A stretch of 64,000 nt of DNA from Chloroflexota bacterium (GTDB lineage Bacteria > Chloroflexota > UBA11872 > VXOZ01). Shown piece by piece: positions 1 to 8,899 of the stretch. Both the position numbers and the translations under genes were made by a program. The notes under the pieces were generated by a model. It ran no database searches, had not been told where the DNA came from, and worked only from the letters and a program-made list of their open reading frames with translations. Location: contig OZ219802.1 of NCBI GenBank assembly GCA_964291655.2, forward strand, positions 1,312,001 through 1,376,000, given 5' to 3'. How positions within the stretch are numbered: the stretch's first letter is position 1; every line of letters starts with the position of its first letter.

Positions 1-453
1 TTCGACGTCAGCATCGACGTAAATCCTGGCGATCTCTCGTGTGCCTTCCGGCAGTTGCAGCGGCTCGTAGTTGTCCACCGGCATGTGGGTCTGGATCGAC
101 TCATGCGGCACGCCGGCGCTAATGGCATTGCCCGGCAGCGGCCGCACGTAGGCCGGATAGGCGGCGGTGTCCGTCGGCGCCAGACCAAGCTCCACAGCGA
201 GCACGCGTGAAGGACGCAGCGCGATCAGCCGCCCGCCCGCCTTCACATAGGCCACAAGCCGCTCCACGTAGGCGCGTCGCGGCAAACTGGGCGTCAGGAC
301 AACCGCATCATAGGCGTCAAGCCGCGCCAGAGCATCCTGGCCGATGGGCTGCACGTCGAAGTCCGCAAAACCCTCCGCCTTTAGTACTTCAGACGTATAC
401 GGTCCATAAGTATTGGCGCGGCTACCCGGTTGGGTGAGAATCAGCATGCTCAC
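1..453 (-). CDS. Hypothetical protein, partial (runs off the window start)
   Basis: Open minus-strand frame from GTG at 453 (AGGAGG upstream) to base 1: MSMLILTQPGSRANTYGPYTSEVLKAEGF...LVAYVKAGGRLIALRP; absent from the ORF track because it has no stop in the window. Confidence 0.7.
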   Translation of the reverse strand, partial: MSMLILTQPGSRANTYGPYTSEVLKAEGFADFDVQPIGQDALARLDAYDAVVLTPSLPRRAYVERLVAYVKAGGRLIALRPSRVLAVELGLAPTDTAAYPAYVRPLPGNAISAGVPHESIQTHMPVDNYEPLQLPEGTREIARIYVDADVE

Positions 454-762
454 GGGGGACAACCTCCTGGCTTCCAGTAACGCTGTTTTTCAGAGTTTAC
501 CAGAGGAGGATGGGCGTTGCCTGTCCTTGGCATCTGAGCCAAGAGCTCGTACAGAGTCTCCAACCGCGCTTCCGCGCGAGAGGAAATGCAACAATGTCAG
601 AATGGCGCAGTGTCCTACCCAAGCAAGATCGTCCGCCCACCCTCACGTTTCCTCACCTTGTGACTTACTCGAAACGACGTTTCCAGGAAGGTAGACACGT
701 CCAGTTGTAGCTAGTACTCTGGACGCTACGACAGTGGGAGCATCGAGGAGGATGCGCTTGGC

Positions 763-2292
763 ATGTTGACCGCGTGGGTGCTCATCGTCTTCTTAGCCTA
801 TTTTGCGGCGCTCATTGGCATTGCGGTCTTTCGCAGCCGCCAGATGCAGGAGATGTCGGACTACGTGCTCGCCGGCCGTAAGGTTGGCAGCTTTACCTCG
901 GCGTTAAGTTCCAGTTCGTCTTCTACCAGTGGGTGGACTATGCTCGTCTTCCCGGCGCTGGCATTCATGAATGGCGCCGTGGAGTTCTGGACGGTATTTA
1001 GCATAGTCTTTGGCTTTTGGTTGACGTGGGCCATTTATGCCAAGCGGCTCCGCCGGTATACGATCGCGACGGACAACTCACTTACCTTTCCTGAGTTTTT
1101 CGAGAAGCGCTTTGGGGACAAATGGGGCGTGCTGCGCACGCTTTCAGCCGCGATTGCCCTTTTCTTCATCATCTTTTACATTAGCTCCGGCCTGATCGCC
1201 GGATCCAAGCTGCTGAATACGGTATTTGGCCTCGAGGGCATTGTGGGTATTTTGGTGACTCTCGTGGCTGTCGCATCGTATACCTTCATTGGCGGTTTTC
1301 TCGCCGTTTCCCGCACCGACGTCTTCCAAGCCATTATCATGTTGGCCGGCTTCATCATCTTGCCAATTTCGTTGCTATTCCTCACCTCCGATCCTTTACA
1401 GGGCCTGGAGGGCACGGCCGCCGGCTTTTGGAATCCGTTTACAGACGCGTCCGGCGAGGGCGTCACGGTCACCTTCCTGCTTTCGACAGCCGGCTGGGGC
1501 TTGGGCGCCTTTGGCTCGTTGCGCATACTGCAGCGCTTCATGGCGGTGGAAAGCGAAAGGCGTATACGGCCCAGCCGCGATATCGGCACGCTTTGGGCAT
1601 CGCTCATCTTCATGTTTGGCCTCATGCTGGGGCTGGTAGCCTTGCCGGCCCTTGGCGAAGTTGGGAGGCTCGATGAAGTCACCGCCGATCCGGAGCGCCT
1701 CTATCTAGTCGCCGCGACCGCCTTCTTCCCGCCGATCATTGCGGGGGTCCTGCTGTCGGCCGTAATCGCCGCCGTCATGAGTACGGCGGACTCACAACTG
1801 CTCTTGGCCTCGGCCATGGCGACTGACGACTTACCGTTCATCCGGCGCTACGCCTACGCCAAACGGTACGTCTTCGTGCTCGGCGCCTTTGCACGCGTCT
1901 GGTTGGGCCGCTTCCTGCTGGTCGTGGTCGGCGTCATCGCGGCCCTCTTGTCCATCTTCAACCCCGATTCGGTGTTCAATCTGGTTTCCTATGCCTGGGG
2001 CGGCATGGGCGCGGCCTTCGGACCCCTGCTCTTGCTCGCGCTTTATTGGCGCCGCTTCAACTTTTGGGGAGCACTCACGTCCATGCTCACCGGCACGGTC
2101 GTTGCCTCGATTTGGGGCTACTCTTCCGGCGGCCCCGGCGGCATTATGGACATCCAACCCGCCACACCGGGTTTCCTCATCGCCATTCCCTTTGCCGTCG
2201 TTGTCACGTTGCTCACGGCCAAACCTTCTGAAAAGATGACAGAAGTGTTCGACGACGTGGCTACCGGCTGGTCCGCTGCGCGCGAGACCTAA
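763..2292 (+). CDS. putP: Sodium/proline symporter (SSS family)
   Basis: 509 aa, many TM helices, DYVLAGR, SGW, FFEKRF, AAVMSTADSQLL, WGGMGAAFGP motifs; GAGGAGG RBS. Confidence 0.85.
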   Translation: MLTAWVLIVFLAYFAALIGIAVFRSRQMQEMSDYVLAGRKVGSFTSALSSSSSSTSGWTMLVFPALAFMNGAVEFWTVFSIVFGFWLTWAIYAKRLRRYTIATDNSLTFPEFFEKRFGDKWGVLRTLSAAIALFFIIFYISSGLIAGSKLLNTVFGLEGIVGILVTLVAVASYTFIGGFLAVSRTDVFQAIIMLAGFIILPISLLFLTSDPLQGLEGTAAGFWNPFTDASGEGVTVTFLLSTAGWGLGAFGSLRILQRFMAVESERRIRPSRDIGTLWASLIFMFGLMLGLVALPALGEVGRLDEVTADPERLYLVAATAFFPPIIAGVLLSAVIAAVMSTADSQLLLASAMATDDLPFIRRYAYAKRYVFVLGAFARVWLGRFLLVVVGVIAALLSIFNPDSVFNLVSYAWGGMGAAFGPLLLLALYWRRFNFWGALTSMLTGTVVASIWGYSSGGPGGIMDIQPATPGFLIAIPFAVVVTLLTAKPSEKMTEVFDDVATGWSAARET

Positions 2293-2431
2293 CGCGAAAC
2301 GGCGTTGAGGGAAAGATTGCACAGGCAGCTTTGGGCACTCCGTAGCGGCCAGGACTCCATCTTATAGAACAACACCCGCCTTGCGGCGGGTGATTGCTAT
2401 ACAAGCATCGCTTCGAACTGGCGCTTGCCCT

Positions 2432-3448
2432 TTAGTGTCTCAGCGACCTGATAATCGGACCCTCTGCCAACATCTGCGCGAGTTGCCCGGCGCGGTCAAC
2501 CCGTCCGAAATAGTTGCAGGGAATGACGTCGAACGGCTCCAGGCGGCGCATGAGTTCATCGAGCAGCAAGTTCTGGCCGATATTGTCAGTGGCGTAGTGA
2601 GGCAAACGCACCAGGGCGATGCCGTGCTCGCGGCAGGCCGCTACTGTCTCCGACCCCGCCGAGACTTGCACCACAGTTTGCACGCCAGCCTTTGCCAGCA
2701 ACGGAAATGCGCTGGGCGGATAGGCGTAGCCGCCGGCAAACTTCGCGTGCATGCGTCCGGTGAGCTGCGCCGGGTCGCCCGTCATGATACGGGGCACCGC
2801 GCCGATGCGCGCGGCTTCCTGCATTTCCGGTAGCGTCAGCATGAGTTCTACGACGTCGCCGACGGTCTCCGGCTCTTCGCGCGCAAAGAGCGCGTTGATG
2901 TATTGCCGGTGCGCATAGTCAACCGGTGTATGAATGCATGCCAGCGGATACCCAAGCAACTGCGCGGTATCGGGCCCGATGCGGTGCATGTCTTCGTGCT
3001 CCCGCAAGCGTGCCGCCATGAAGTCGAAGATGCAGGCGCGCGCCTCAGTTTCGGGTACACCTTCCCAAATGAGATAGTCGGCGTTGACCTCCATGAAGTC
3101 GGCGACGAGCGAAGCTGAGATGCCGACACTGTTCGTATGGTGGGAAATGAATGCGTCTATTGGGGTGCCCTTTGCCGCCAGTTGTACCCCAAGCAGCATC
3201 TCTTGCACGTGCAGGTTAATGCCGACGAGCGCAGTGCGAATCGGTGTTTCTGCCGGGCCGTGGGATATGCGCACGTCGCCGTAGGGATTACGAAAGCGCT
3301 CCTGATCGTAGAGTGCCTGCTGCCAAGCAGGCAGAGCGGCATACTCGTCGCGGCGTCGCTGTAGTTGGCGCTCTATGGCCGCCTGACCCCTGGGGTCAAG
3401 CTCGCGGCCGATTTCGATGGACGTCTCGTACAAATCACGTAGAGTCAT
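2432..3448 (-). CDS. NIF3-like (NGG1p interacting factor) metal-binding protein, paralog 1
   Basis: MTLRDLYETSIEIG..DPRG, ERFRNPYGDVRI, SHH, CIHTPVD, PHYATDNIGQNLL; clearly homologous to 12736..13701 and 13698..14666. Confidence 0.75.
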   Translation of the reverse strand: MTLRDLYETSIEIGRELDPRGQAAIERQLQRRRDEYAALPAWQQALYDQERFRNPYGDVRISHGPAETPIRTALVGINLHVQEMLLGVQLAAKGTPIDAFISHHTNSVGISASLVADFMEVNADYLIWEGVPETEARACIFDFMAARLREHEDMHRIGPDTAQLLGYPLACIHTPVDYAHRQYINALFAREEPETVGDVVELMLTLPEMQEAARIGAVPRIMTGDPAQLTGRMHAKFAGGYAYPPSAFPLLAKAGVQTVVQVSAGSETVAACREHGIALVRLPHYATDNIGQNLLLDELMRRLEPFDVIPCNYFGRVDRAGQLAQMLAEGPIIRSLRH

Positions 3449-3566
3449 TCATGTGCTCCCATGCCCCAGCCCAATCGCTATACCGCGCTCATGCCCGTCT
3501 CACTGCAAGATCGAAACTATGCGTCGAAGAAGGCGTACAATCACCCTCTCCCCAATCCACTCCCAC

Positions 3567-3576
3567 AGTGTACACT
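3567..3576. promoter_or_regulatory. Palindrome AGTGTACACT, candidate operator
   Basis: Perfect 10-bp palindrome in the divergent intergenic region; identical copy at 6640..6649. Confidence 0.4.
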
Positions 3577-3719
3577 CCCATCTGTACAATGGGTGAGTGC
3601 CTCGACTCCGGTTAGAGGGACCAATGAGGATGCTATTCTTACCCGCGTTTCGCATCCTGACCGGACGGCAGGCCACGGAAACCCGACAGGAAGCCATCGT
3701 TTCCGGCGAGGCAGGGAAG

Positions 3720-5078
3720 ATGTTGCGGCGAGTTGCGATTGTTGGCGGAGGTATTTCAGGTCTGGCCGCCGCCTGGGCGCTTAGTCATCACCCGGACCGC
3801 TTTGACTTCCGGCTGTACGAGGCGCAGGCCCAGATTGGCGGGAATGCGATTACGGCCGATATGCCGCAGGAAGACGGCTCCTCAATCCCTTTCGACATTT
3901 CCGTCACCGCCTGTATCCCGTCGGTCTACCATCACATTCTCTTGCTGATGGAGCAATTTGGCATTGATCTGATCGATACCAAGTTTAGCTACAGCGTGAA
4001 ATACCGCGGCCAAGTGTATGCCCACGACTTCGATTCCGAAATTAGAGAGCAACTGCGGTTCGAGATCCAGAAGTTCCAGCAACTCCTGCGGCGTCTCCAC
4101 TGGTTTGGCGGGCTGACTCGTTCCCAGTCGAAGCTGCTCAACGCTCTCAACCCCTTCAACTACCTAAGCATGGGGACGCTGCTGAATTGGGGAGCCTATT
4201 CCGGTGATTTCAGATTCAAGATTCTGAAGCCGATGTTCGTCAATTTTCTCATGGCGACGAACGTGTTCGATATGCCCGCGTCGCTCTTTGCGCGGTATCT
4301 TGAATTCTTCGACATCGAGAGCGCCACGCCGATGCAGACGTGGGACCAGGGAACGCGGCGTATCTACGAGAATCTATCGGCTGGTTTCCAAGACAAGATC
4401 TACCTCAGTAGGCCGGTACGCAAGGTGTGTCGACAGGAATCCCGCGTCGTGGTGGAGGACGAAGCCGGTGGCCGAGAGGTCTACGATGAAGTCATCTTCG
4501 CCTGCAACGCGAACCAGACGCTGATGATCCTCGACAAGCCCACGTTTCTGGAGCGGTATATTCTCTCTTCAATTCGCTACGAGAGCGAGCTGCACAACCA
4601 CACCGTCGTCCACTCGGATTCCTCAGTCTTGCCGGACAACGAGGTGAAGCCTCTGACAACCCGGAGCAATCACATCGAACAGTACGGCGCCAGGCCGGAC
4701 AACTATGAAATCACGTACATCATGCACAACCAGCAACCGTGGGCTAATCGCTCGGATAAGCCGTGCCTGGTGACGTATAACCCGATCAGTCCCATCGATG
4801 AGCGAAAGGTCGTGAAGAAGTGGTGGTTTCAGCACATCGTCCACGACGTGCGTCACGTCGCGTGGCTCGTGAACATCTTTCGCTTCATTCAGGGCAAGCG
4901 GCGGACGTGGCACTGCGGCGCGCACACCCTGGTCAACAGTCAAGAGACCTGCTTCGTGACCGGGCTCGCAGCGGCACGGCAGCTCGGTGCGAACTACCCC
5001 TTTGACAATCCCGGGGCAAGGCGCATGTTCAACTACTACGGCAGGATCATGTACGGTTGGCGCTTCAGGAAGGCGTAG
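3720..5078 (+). CDS. FAD-dependent oxidoreductase, COG2907-like (predicted lipid desaturase/reductase)
   Basis: N-terminal VAIVGGGISG dinucleotide motif, YEAQAQIGG, C-terminal IQGKRRTWHCGA...SQE; ATG 3720 preferred over the ORF-track start 3597. Confidence 0.75.
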   Translation: MLRRVAIVGGGISGLAAAWALSHHPDRFDFRLYEAQAQIGGNAITADMPQEDGSSIPFDISVTACIPSVYHHILLLMEQFGIDLIDTKFSYSVKYRGQVYAHDFDSEIREQLRFEIQKFQQLLRRLHWFGGLTRSQSKLLNALNPFNYLSMGTLLNWGAYSGDFRFKILKPMFVNFLMATNVFDMPASLFARYLEFFDIESATPMQTWDQGTRRIYENLSAGFQDKIYLSRPVRKVCRQESRVVVEDEAGGREVYDEVIFACNANQTLMILDKPTFLERYILSSIRYESELHNHTVVHSDSSVLPDNEVKPLTTRSNHIEQYGARPDNYEITYIMHNQQPWANRSDKPCLVTYNPISPIDERKVVKKWWFQHIVHDVRHVAWLVNIFRFIQGKRRTWHCGAHTLVNSQETCFVTGLAAARQLGANYPFDNPGARRMFNYYGRIMYGWRFRKA

Positions 5079-5206
5079 GGCTGCATGCCGCGGCTGCTCC
5101 TGAGTGTCTCAACCCTGTCAGCGAGTCTTGCCGCGACACCGCCCGCTAGCAAACCGTAGCACGGAAGCTTGTCCCCCGCTGGAGCGGCTGCGCCAGGGCG
5201 GAGAAG

Positions 5207-5430
5207 ATGGATTCCCGCGTGCGCGGGAATGACGGATGCGGTCAGCTTCCGTGGCAATGACGGATACTGCCCGCTTCCGCCGTGGCACGGCAATGACCGA
5301 TGCTCTCCGCTTCCGCCGTAGCGCGGGGGCTTGTCCCCCGCTCTTGTGCTTGAGCACGAAGGCTGAAGACCCGGTGGTGAAATGTGGTTGCGGGAAAGAG
5401 AAGATGAATTCCGGCTTGCACCGGAATGAC
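5207..5430. repeat. REP-like palindrome cluster
   Basis: ATGGATTCCCGCGTGCGCGGGAATGAC 5207..5233, GTAGCGCGGGGGCTTGTCCCCCGC 5318..5341, a further GGAATGAC copy ending near 5430. Confidence 0.8.
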
Positions 5431-5532
5431 GGACTGGGGTGTTGCCTGGTTTAAAGAGCTGGCGGGCCGATTCTTAAAGAGTCGACACAACCGATTACGC
5501 AACTTGGGGCTGTGCAAACTCCCGCTGAGGCA

Positions 5533-6585
5533 TCAAGAAGTCGCGTTGCCGTTTTCGCTCACGTCGGAATAGAATTGGGCGCAGTAGCGACGGTACCTGG
5601 TGATCTCGCCGTCGGAACGGCAGAGGCGCGGGCGGGACTGATACCGTTTGCGGCTCCAAATGACCTCATCTTGCCGTACTTCCCATACTTGCTGCGACGC
5701 GGTAAACCAGTTCATGATTGGCGCGCGCATGCCCACCGGCAGAAATCCCAGGCCTGCGAGCCAGCGTTTCGGCTTGCGCAACTCCCGCACTTGCGAGGCC
5801 AGCGACATGTCGATGAACGTGCCGTCCACCGGTGTCGCCAGCACCCAGAGACGCATGTCCATACCGATCGAGTGTTCGCGAATGTCCACGAATGAGTAGC
5901 CAAGCCCGTGGACATGCGTGTCGGCGGTAAGATCAAACGTGAGTTTTGCGACTCTCGCAATCGAACGGGTGGACCTGAAGTTGAAACGGCTCCTCAGATA
6001 GGGACCGTCCACAGACACCGGCTCAATACGTTCCACCTTGCCAAAGCCGTGGATGTAGCGCAGGTGGGCCAGGTCCACCGCGTTTTCCGAAGTCTCCTGG
6101 GGATGGCCGGCAAAGCGCACCGTGCGGATCGCGAGATCGCACCAATCGTCATCGTCGGACGCAACCGCGGGTAGGTGCCATTGCGGCTCCCGATCTTGAA
6201 TGCCATACCACGCAAAGATCATGCCGACGATCTCCTGCGTCTCAAACACCCGCAGGACAGTGTGCCGTGGCGCCGGGGCATACGGCGTGGCCACGCACGT
6301 GCCGGTGGCATCGAACTCATAGCCGTGAAATGGACATACCAGCCGGCCATCACGCACGCGCCCCCCGGCAGCAGGGCTCAGGTCGGAGCCCAGGTGCGGG
6401 CAATAGGCCTCGGCAACGCAGATTTGGCCACTATCGTCGCAATACACGACGATGTTCTCACCCATCCAGGTCTTGTGGATGAGCTTTTCTTTCTCGATGT
6501 CCTTGCGGCTGGCGACGAAGTACCAACCCTCCGGAAATGGAGAAGGTATGGCAGCAGACACGAGCATGGGGGAGGAGGTTTGCAT
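5533..6585 (-). CDS. Rieske non-heme iron oxygenase, sterol-acting type (Neverland/DAF-36, KshA, SdmA-like)
   Basis: FPEGWY; Rieske CPHLG...CPFHG; mononuclear Fe motif ENAVDLAHLRYIH; C-terminal QDEVIWSRKRY..P.LC..DG.I..YRRYCAQFY typical of this subfamily. Confidence 0.85.
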   Translation of the reverse strand: MQTSSPMLVSAAIPSPFPEGWYFVASRKDIEKEKLIHKTWMGENIVVYCDDSGQICVAEAYCPHLGSDLSPAAGGRVRDGRLVCPFHGYEFDATGTCVATPYAPAPRHTVLRVFETQEIVGMIFAWYGIQDREPQWHLPAVASDDDDWCDLAIRTVRFAGHPQETSENAVDLAHLRYIHGFGKVERIEPVSVDGPYLRSRFNFRSTRSIARVAKLTFDLTADTHVHGLGYSFVDIREHSIGMDMRLWVLATPVDGTFIDMSLASQVRELRKPKRWLAGLGFLPVGMRAPIMNWFTASQQVWEVRQDEVIWSRKRYQSRPRLCRSDGEITRYRRYCAQFYSDVSENGNATS

Positions 6586-6615
6586 AACTGAAATCCGGAC
6601 ACACTAAGTTGAGGA

Positions 6616-6649
6616 TTGACATGTGAGTGTCTGTCGGGTAGTGTACACT
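6616..6649 (+). promoter_or_regulatory. Candidate sigma70 promoter with overlapping palindromic operator
   Basis: TTGACA 6616..6621, 17-bp spacer, TAGTGT 6639..6644; AGTGTACACT 6640..6649 overlaps the -10. Confidence 0.45.
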
Positions 6650-6826
6650 TATAATAACATATGTCGTGTACATCCCCTACTGCCGCTAGGTTTACTATTG
6701 CCAGCGACTACATTTCGCTTCCCAATTTTCGCCCTACCCATTGCCCGTGAAGCCGAGTCATCACTTTCCGGTGGTGCGATGCGCCAGGGCGATCTGGACC
6801 AATCCTGACCCCTGGAGGCAACGCAA

Positions 6827-8860
6827 GTGACAATCGCAACCGACCGTGTAACCACCCATGAGCTGACGTTGCCTCAAGAACTCGTCCTGATGCTCCTCAA
6901 TGAGGAGACCGGCTACTTTCGCCAAGTGGCCGGCTGGGACCTCAACTGCGCCATCATCGGCGGCGTATTAGCGGAACTCTCGCTGAGAGCCCGTATTGAC
7001 ACAGACATGGAGTCTCTCAAACTCCTGGATCCGACTCCGACGGACAATCCAGTCTTGGATCCAATTCTGGAAAAGATTGCCGAGGAACCGGAAGCACATA
7101 ACGTGCAGTATTGGATCGAGCGGCTTGTTTTTCGCGCCCCGGCAATCGTCGACCAGATCATGGAACGCTTGGTTGAGTTGAAGATTCTGGACTACCACGA
7201 CGGTGAATTCTGGACGCTGTCCCGGTCTTCGTGGCGGACGGAACTGTACACCGACTTCCGTGAAGTCACTGCGGCGGAGTTCGTCGAGACACGCGTGAGC
7301 CGGGCGATCTTCGATAATGAGATTCCCAGCCCACGGGATGTCATCATCATCGCCCTTCTCAATACGTGCGATGTCCTGCGCTTCATATTTCAACTCGAAG
7401 AGGCCTCAGAGGAGCGAATCCAGACTATCTGTAGGATGGAGTTGATTGGCCGGTCCATCGCGGATGCGGTAGCCAACAACTTTGCCGGAGGCATGCTCCG
7501 GCGCTCCGCCCTTGCCAAATCGATTCCGGTTGTCCCATTGCACAAGGTTTTGCTGAATCCGCATTTGCGCAGCGGCAACATTGCGGCGATCTTTGCGGAA
7601 TTTGGAAATGAGTACGGCCCGGTGTTTCAGTTGCGCCCGCCCTTTTCCGAGCCACTGTATTTCATAGGCGGGCCCCGCGTAAATCAATGGGTGCAACGAA
7701 ACGGGCGGCAGTACCTACGGGCGCGGGATTACTTTGCCGACTTCGAGAAAGTCTTCGGCGCGTCCGGGCTCATACCCGCGGTGGATGGGGCCGACCACTT
7801 CCGGCTGCGCAAGGCCATGTCACCGGGGTATTCACGCGAGAGATTGGAAGCGCAACTGGATGAGGTCTATGGCAACGCCCGCACGTATATGGCGGATTGG
7901 AAGGTCGGTGACTCTTACTCTGCGCGGTCGCTGTGCCGGCGGATGATCAATGCGCAAATTTCGCCGTTCACCGTCAGCATTGATTCACAAGACATCGTCG
8001 ACGATCTCATGGCATACAAAGAACGGGGCCTCTGCACACACGTCGCGCGGGTTCTACCCAAGTTCATGCTCTATACCCCCGGCATGAGACGCCGGGCGAA
8101 AATCGTCAATGAGGTGACGAACCGGGTCCAGCAAGTCCATACGCCCGCCCAGCGCGCGGGTCGTCCACGGGATCTTGCGGATGACCTTCTCAGCCTTCAG
8201 GCCAGCGACCCGCAGTTCCTGCCGGAGTCGAATATGCCGTTCATGCTCTCGGCGCCGCTGCTTGCCAGCATGTACTTGGGCGATGCGCTGAGCTTTGCGG
8301 TCTACGCCATGGCGGCGCAGCCCGAAATCTACGCACGGATACAGAAAGAAGCCGACGCCTTGTTTAGCGATGGCGATCCCCAGGGCAAAGACTTCACCCT
8401 AGAAGCACTGGACGTGACGCACCGCTTCATCATGGAGGTCATGCGCATGTACCCGGTCGTGCCCATGTCTATTCGCAACGTCATGAACGCCTGCGTGGTG
8501 GAAGGCTTTGAGTTGCCGGTGGGCGCGCGGATCCATATTGCTACGACCGCCTCACACTACATGGAGAAGGCCTTTCCCGAACCCTTCAAATTCGACATTG
8601 AACGCTATACGGCGCCGCGCTTTGAGCATCGCAGCCGGGCGTACGCCCCCTACGGCCTGGGTACGCACACTTGTCTCGGCACCCGGTTTATGGAGCGGCA
8701 ACTGACAATCAACCTACTCATGATCGCGCACTACTTCACGCTCGAGGTATCCCCCGATAAGTTCAAGCACAAGCTCACGTTCAGCCCGTTCCCGTCCAAC
8801 AAACCGAGCGGAAAGCTGAAGTTCGTCATTTCCGATCAGAGACGCGAGATAAACGTCTAA
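6827..8860 (+). CDS. Cytochrome P450 with N-terminal GOLPH3/Vps74 (GPP34)-like domain
   Basis: First ~225 aa LTLPQELVLMLLNEETG...GGVLAELSLRARI...PTPTDNPVLD...WIERL resemble GPP34; C-terminal P450 has ExxR (EVMR), FDIERY and heme motif YGLGTHTCLG; GGAGG RBS before GTG. Confidence 0.85.
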   Translation: MTIATDRVTTHELTLPQELVLMLLNEETGYFRQVAGWDLNCAIIGGVLAELSLRARIDTDMESLKLLDPTPTDNPVLDPILEKIAEEPEAHNVQYWIERLVFRAPAIVDQIMERLVELKILDYHDGEFWTLSRSSWRTELYTDFREVTAAEFVETRVSRAIFDNEIPSPRDVIIIALLNTCDVLRFIFQLEEASEERIQTICRMELIGRSIADAVANNFAGGMLRRSALAKSIPVVPLHKVLLNPHLRSGNIAAIFAEFGNEYGPVFQLRPPFSEPLYFIGGPRVNQWVQRNGRQYLRARDYFADFEKVFGASGLIPAVDGADHFRLRKAMSPGYSRERLEAQLDEVYGNARTYMADWKVGDSYSARSLCRRMINAQISPFTVSIDSQDIVDDLMAYKERGLCTHVARVLPKFMLYTPGMRRRAKIVNEVTNRVQQVHTPAQRAGRPRDLADDLLSLQASDPQFLPESNMPFMLSAPLLASMYLGDALSFAVYAMAAQPEIYARIQKEADALFSDGDPQGKDFTLEALDVTHRFIMEVMRMYPVVPMSIRNVMNACVVEGFELPVGARIHIATTASHYMEKAFPEPFKFDIERYTAPRFEHRSRAYAPYGLGTHTCLGTRFMERQLTINLLMIAHYFTLEVSPDKFKHKLTFSPFPSNKPSGKLKFVISDQRREINV

Positions 8861-8899
8861 TGCACCATGGATCGCCCGAGAAACCGGGAAGGAGAGGGA

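Noticed and set aside
460-760. Riboswitch in the long putP leader (likewise the MMPL leader 12425-12735)
   Set aside because: No recognisable consensus of a known riboswitch; an Rfam/Infernal scan would be decisive.
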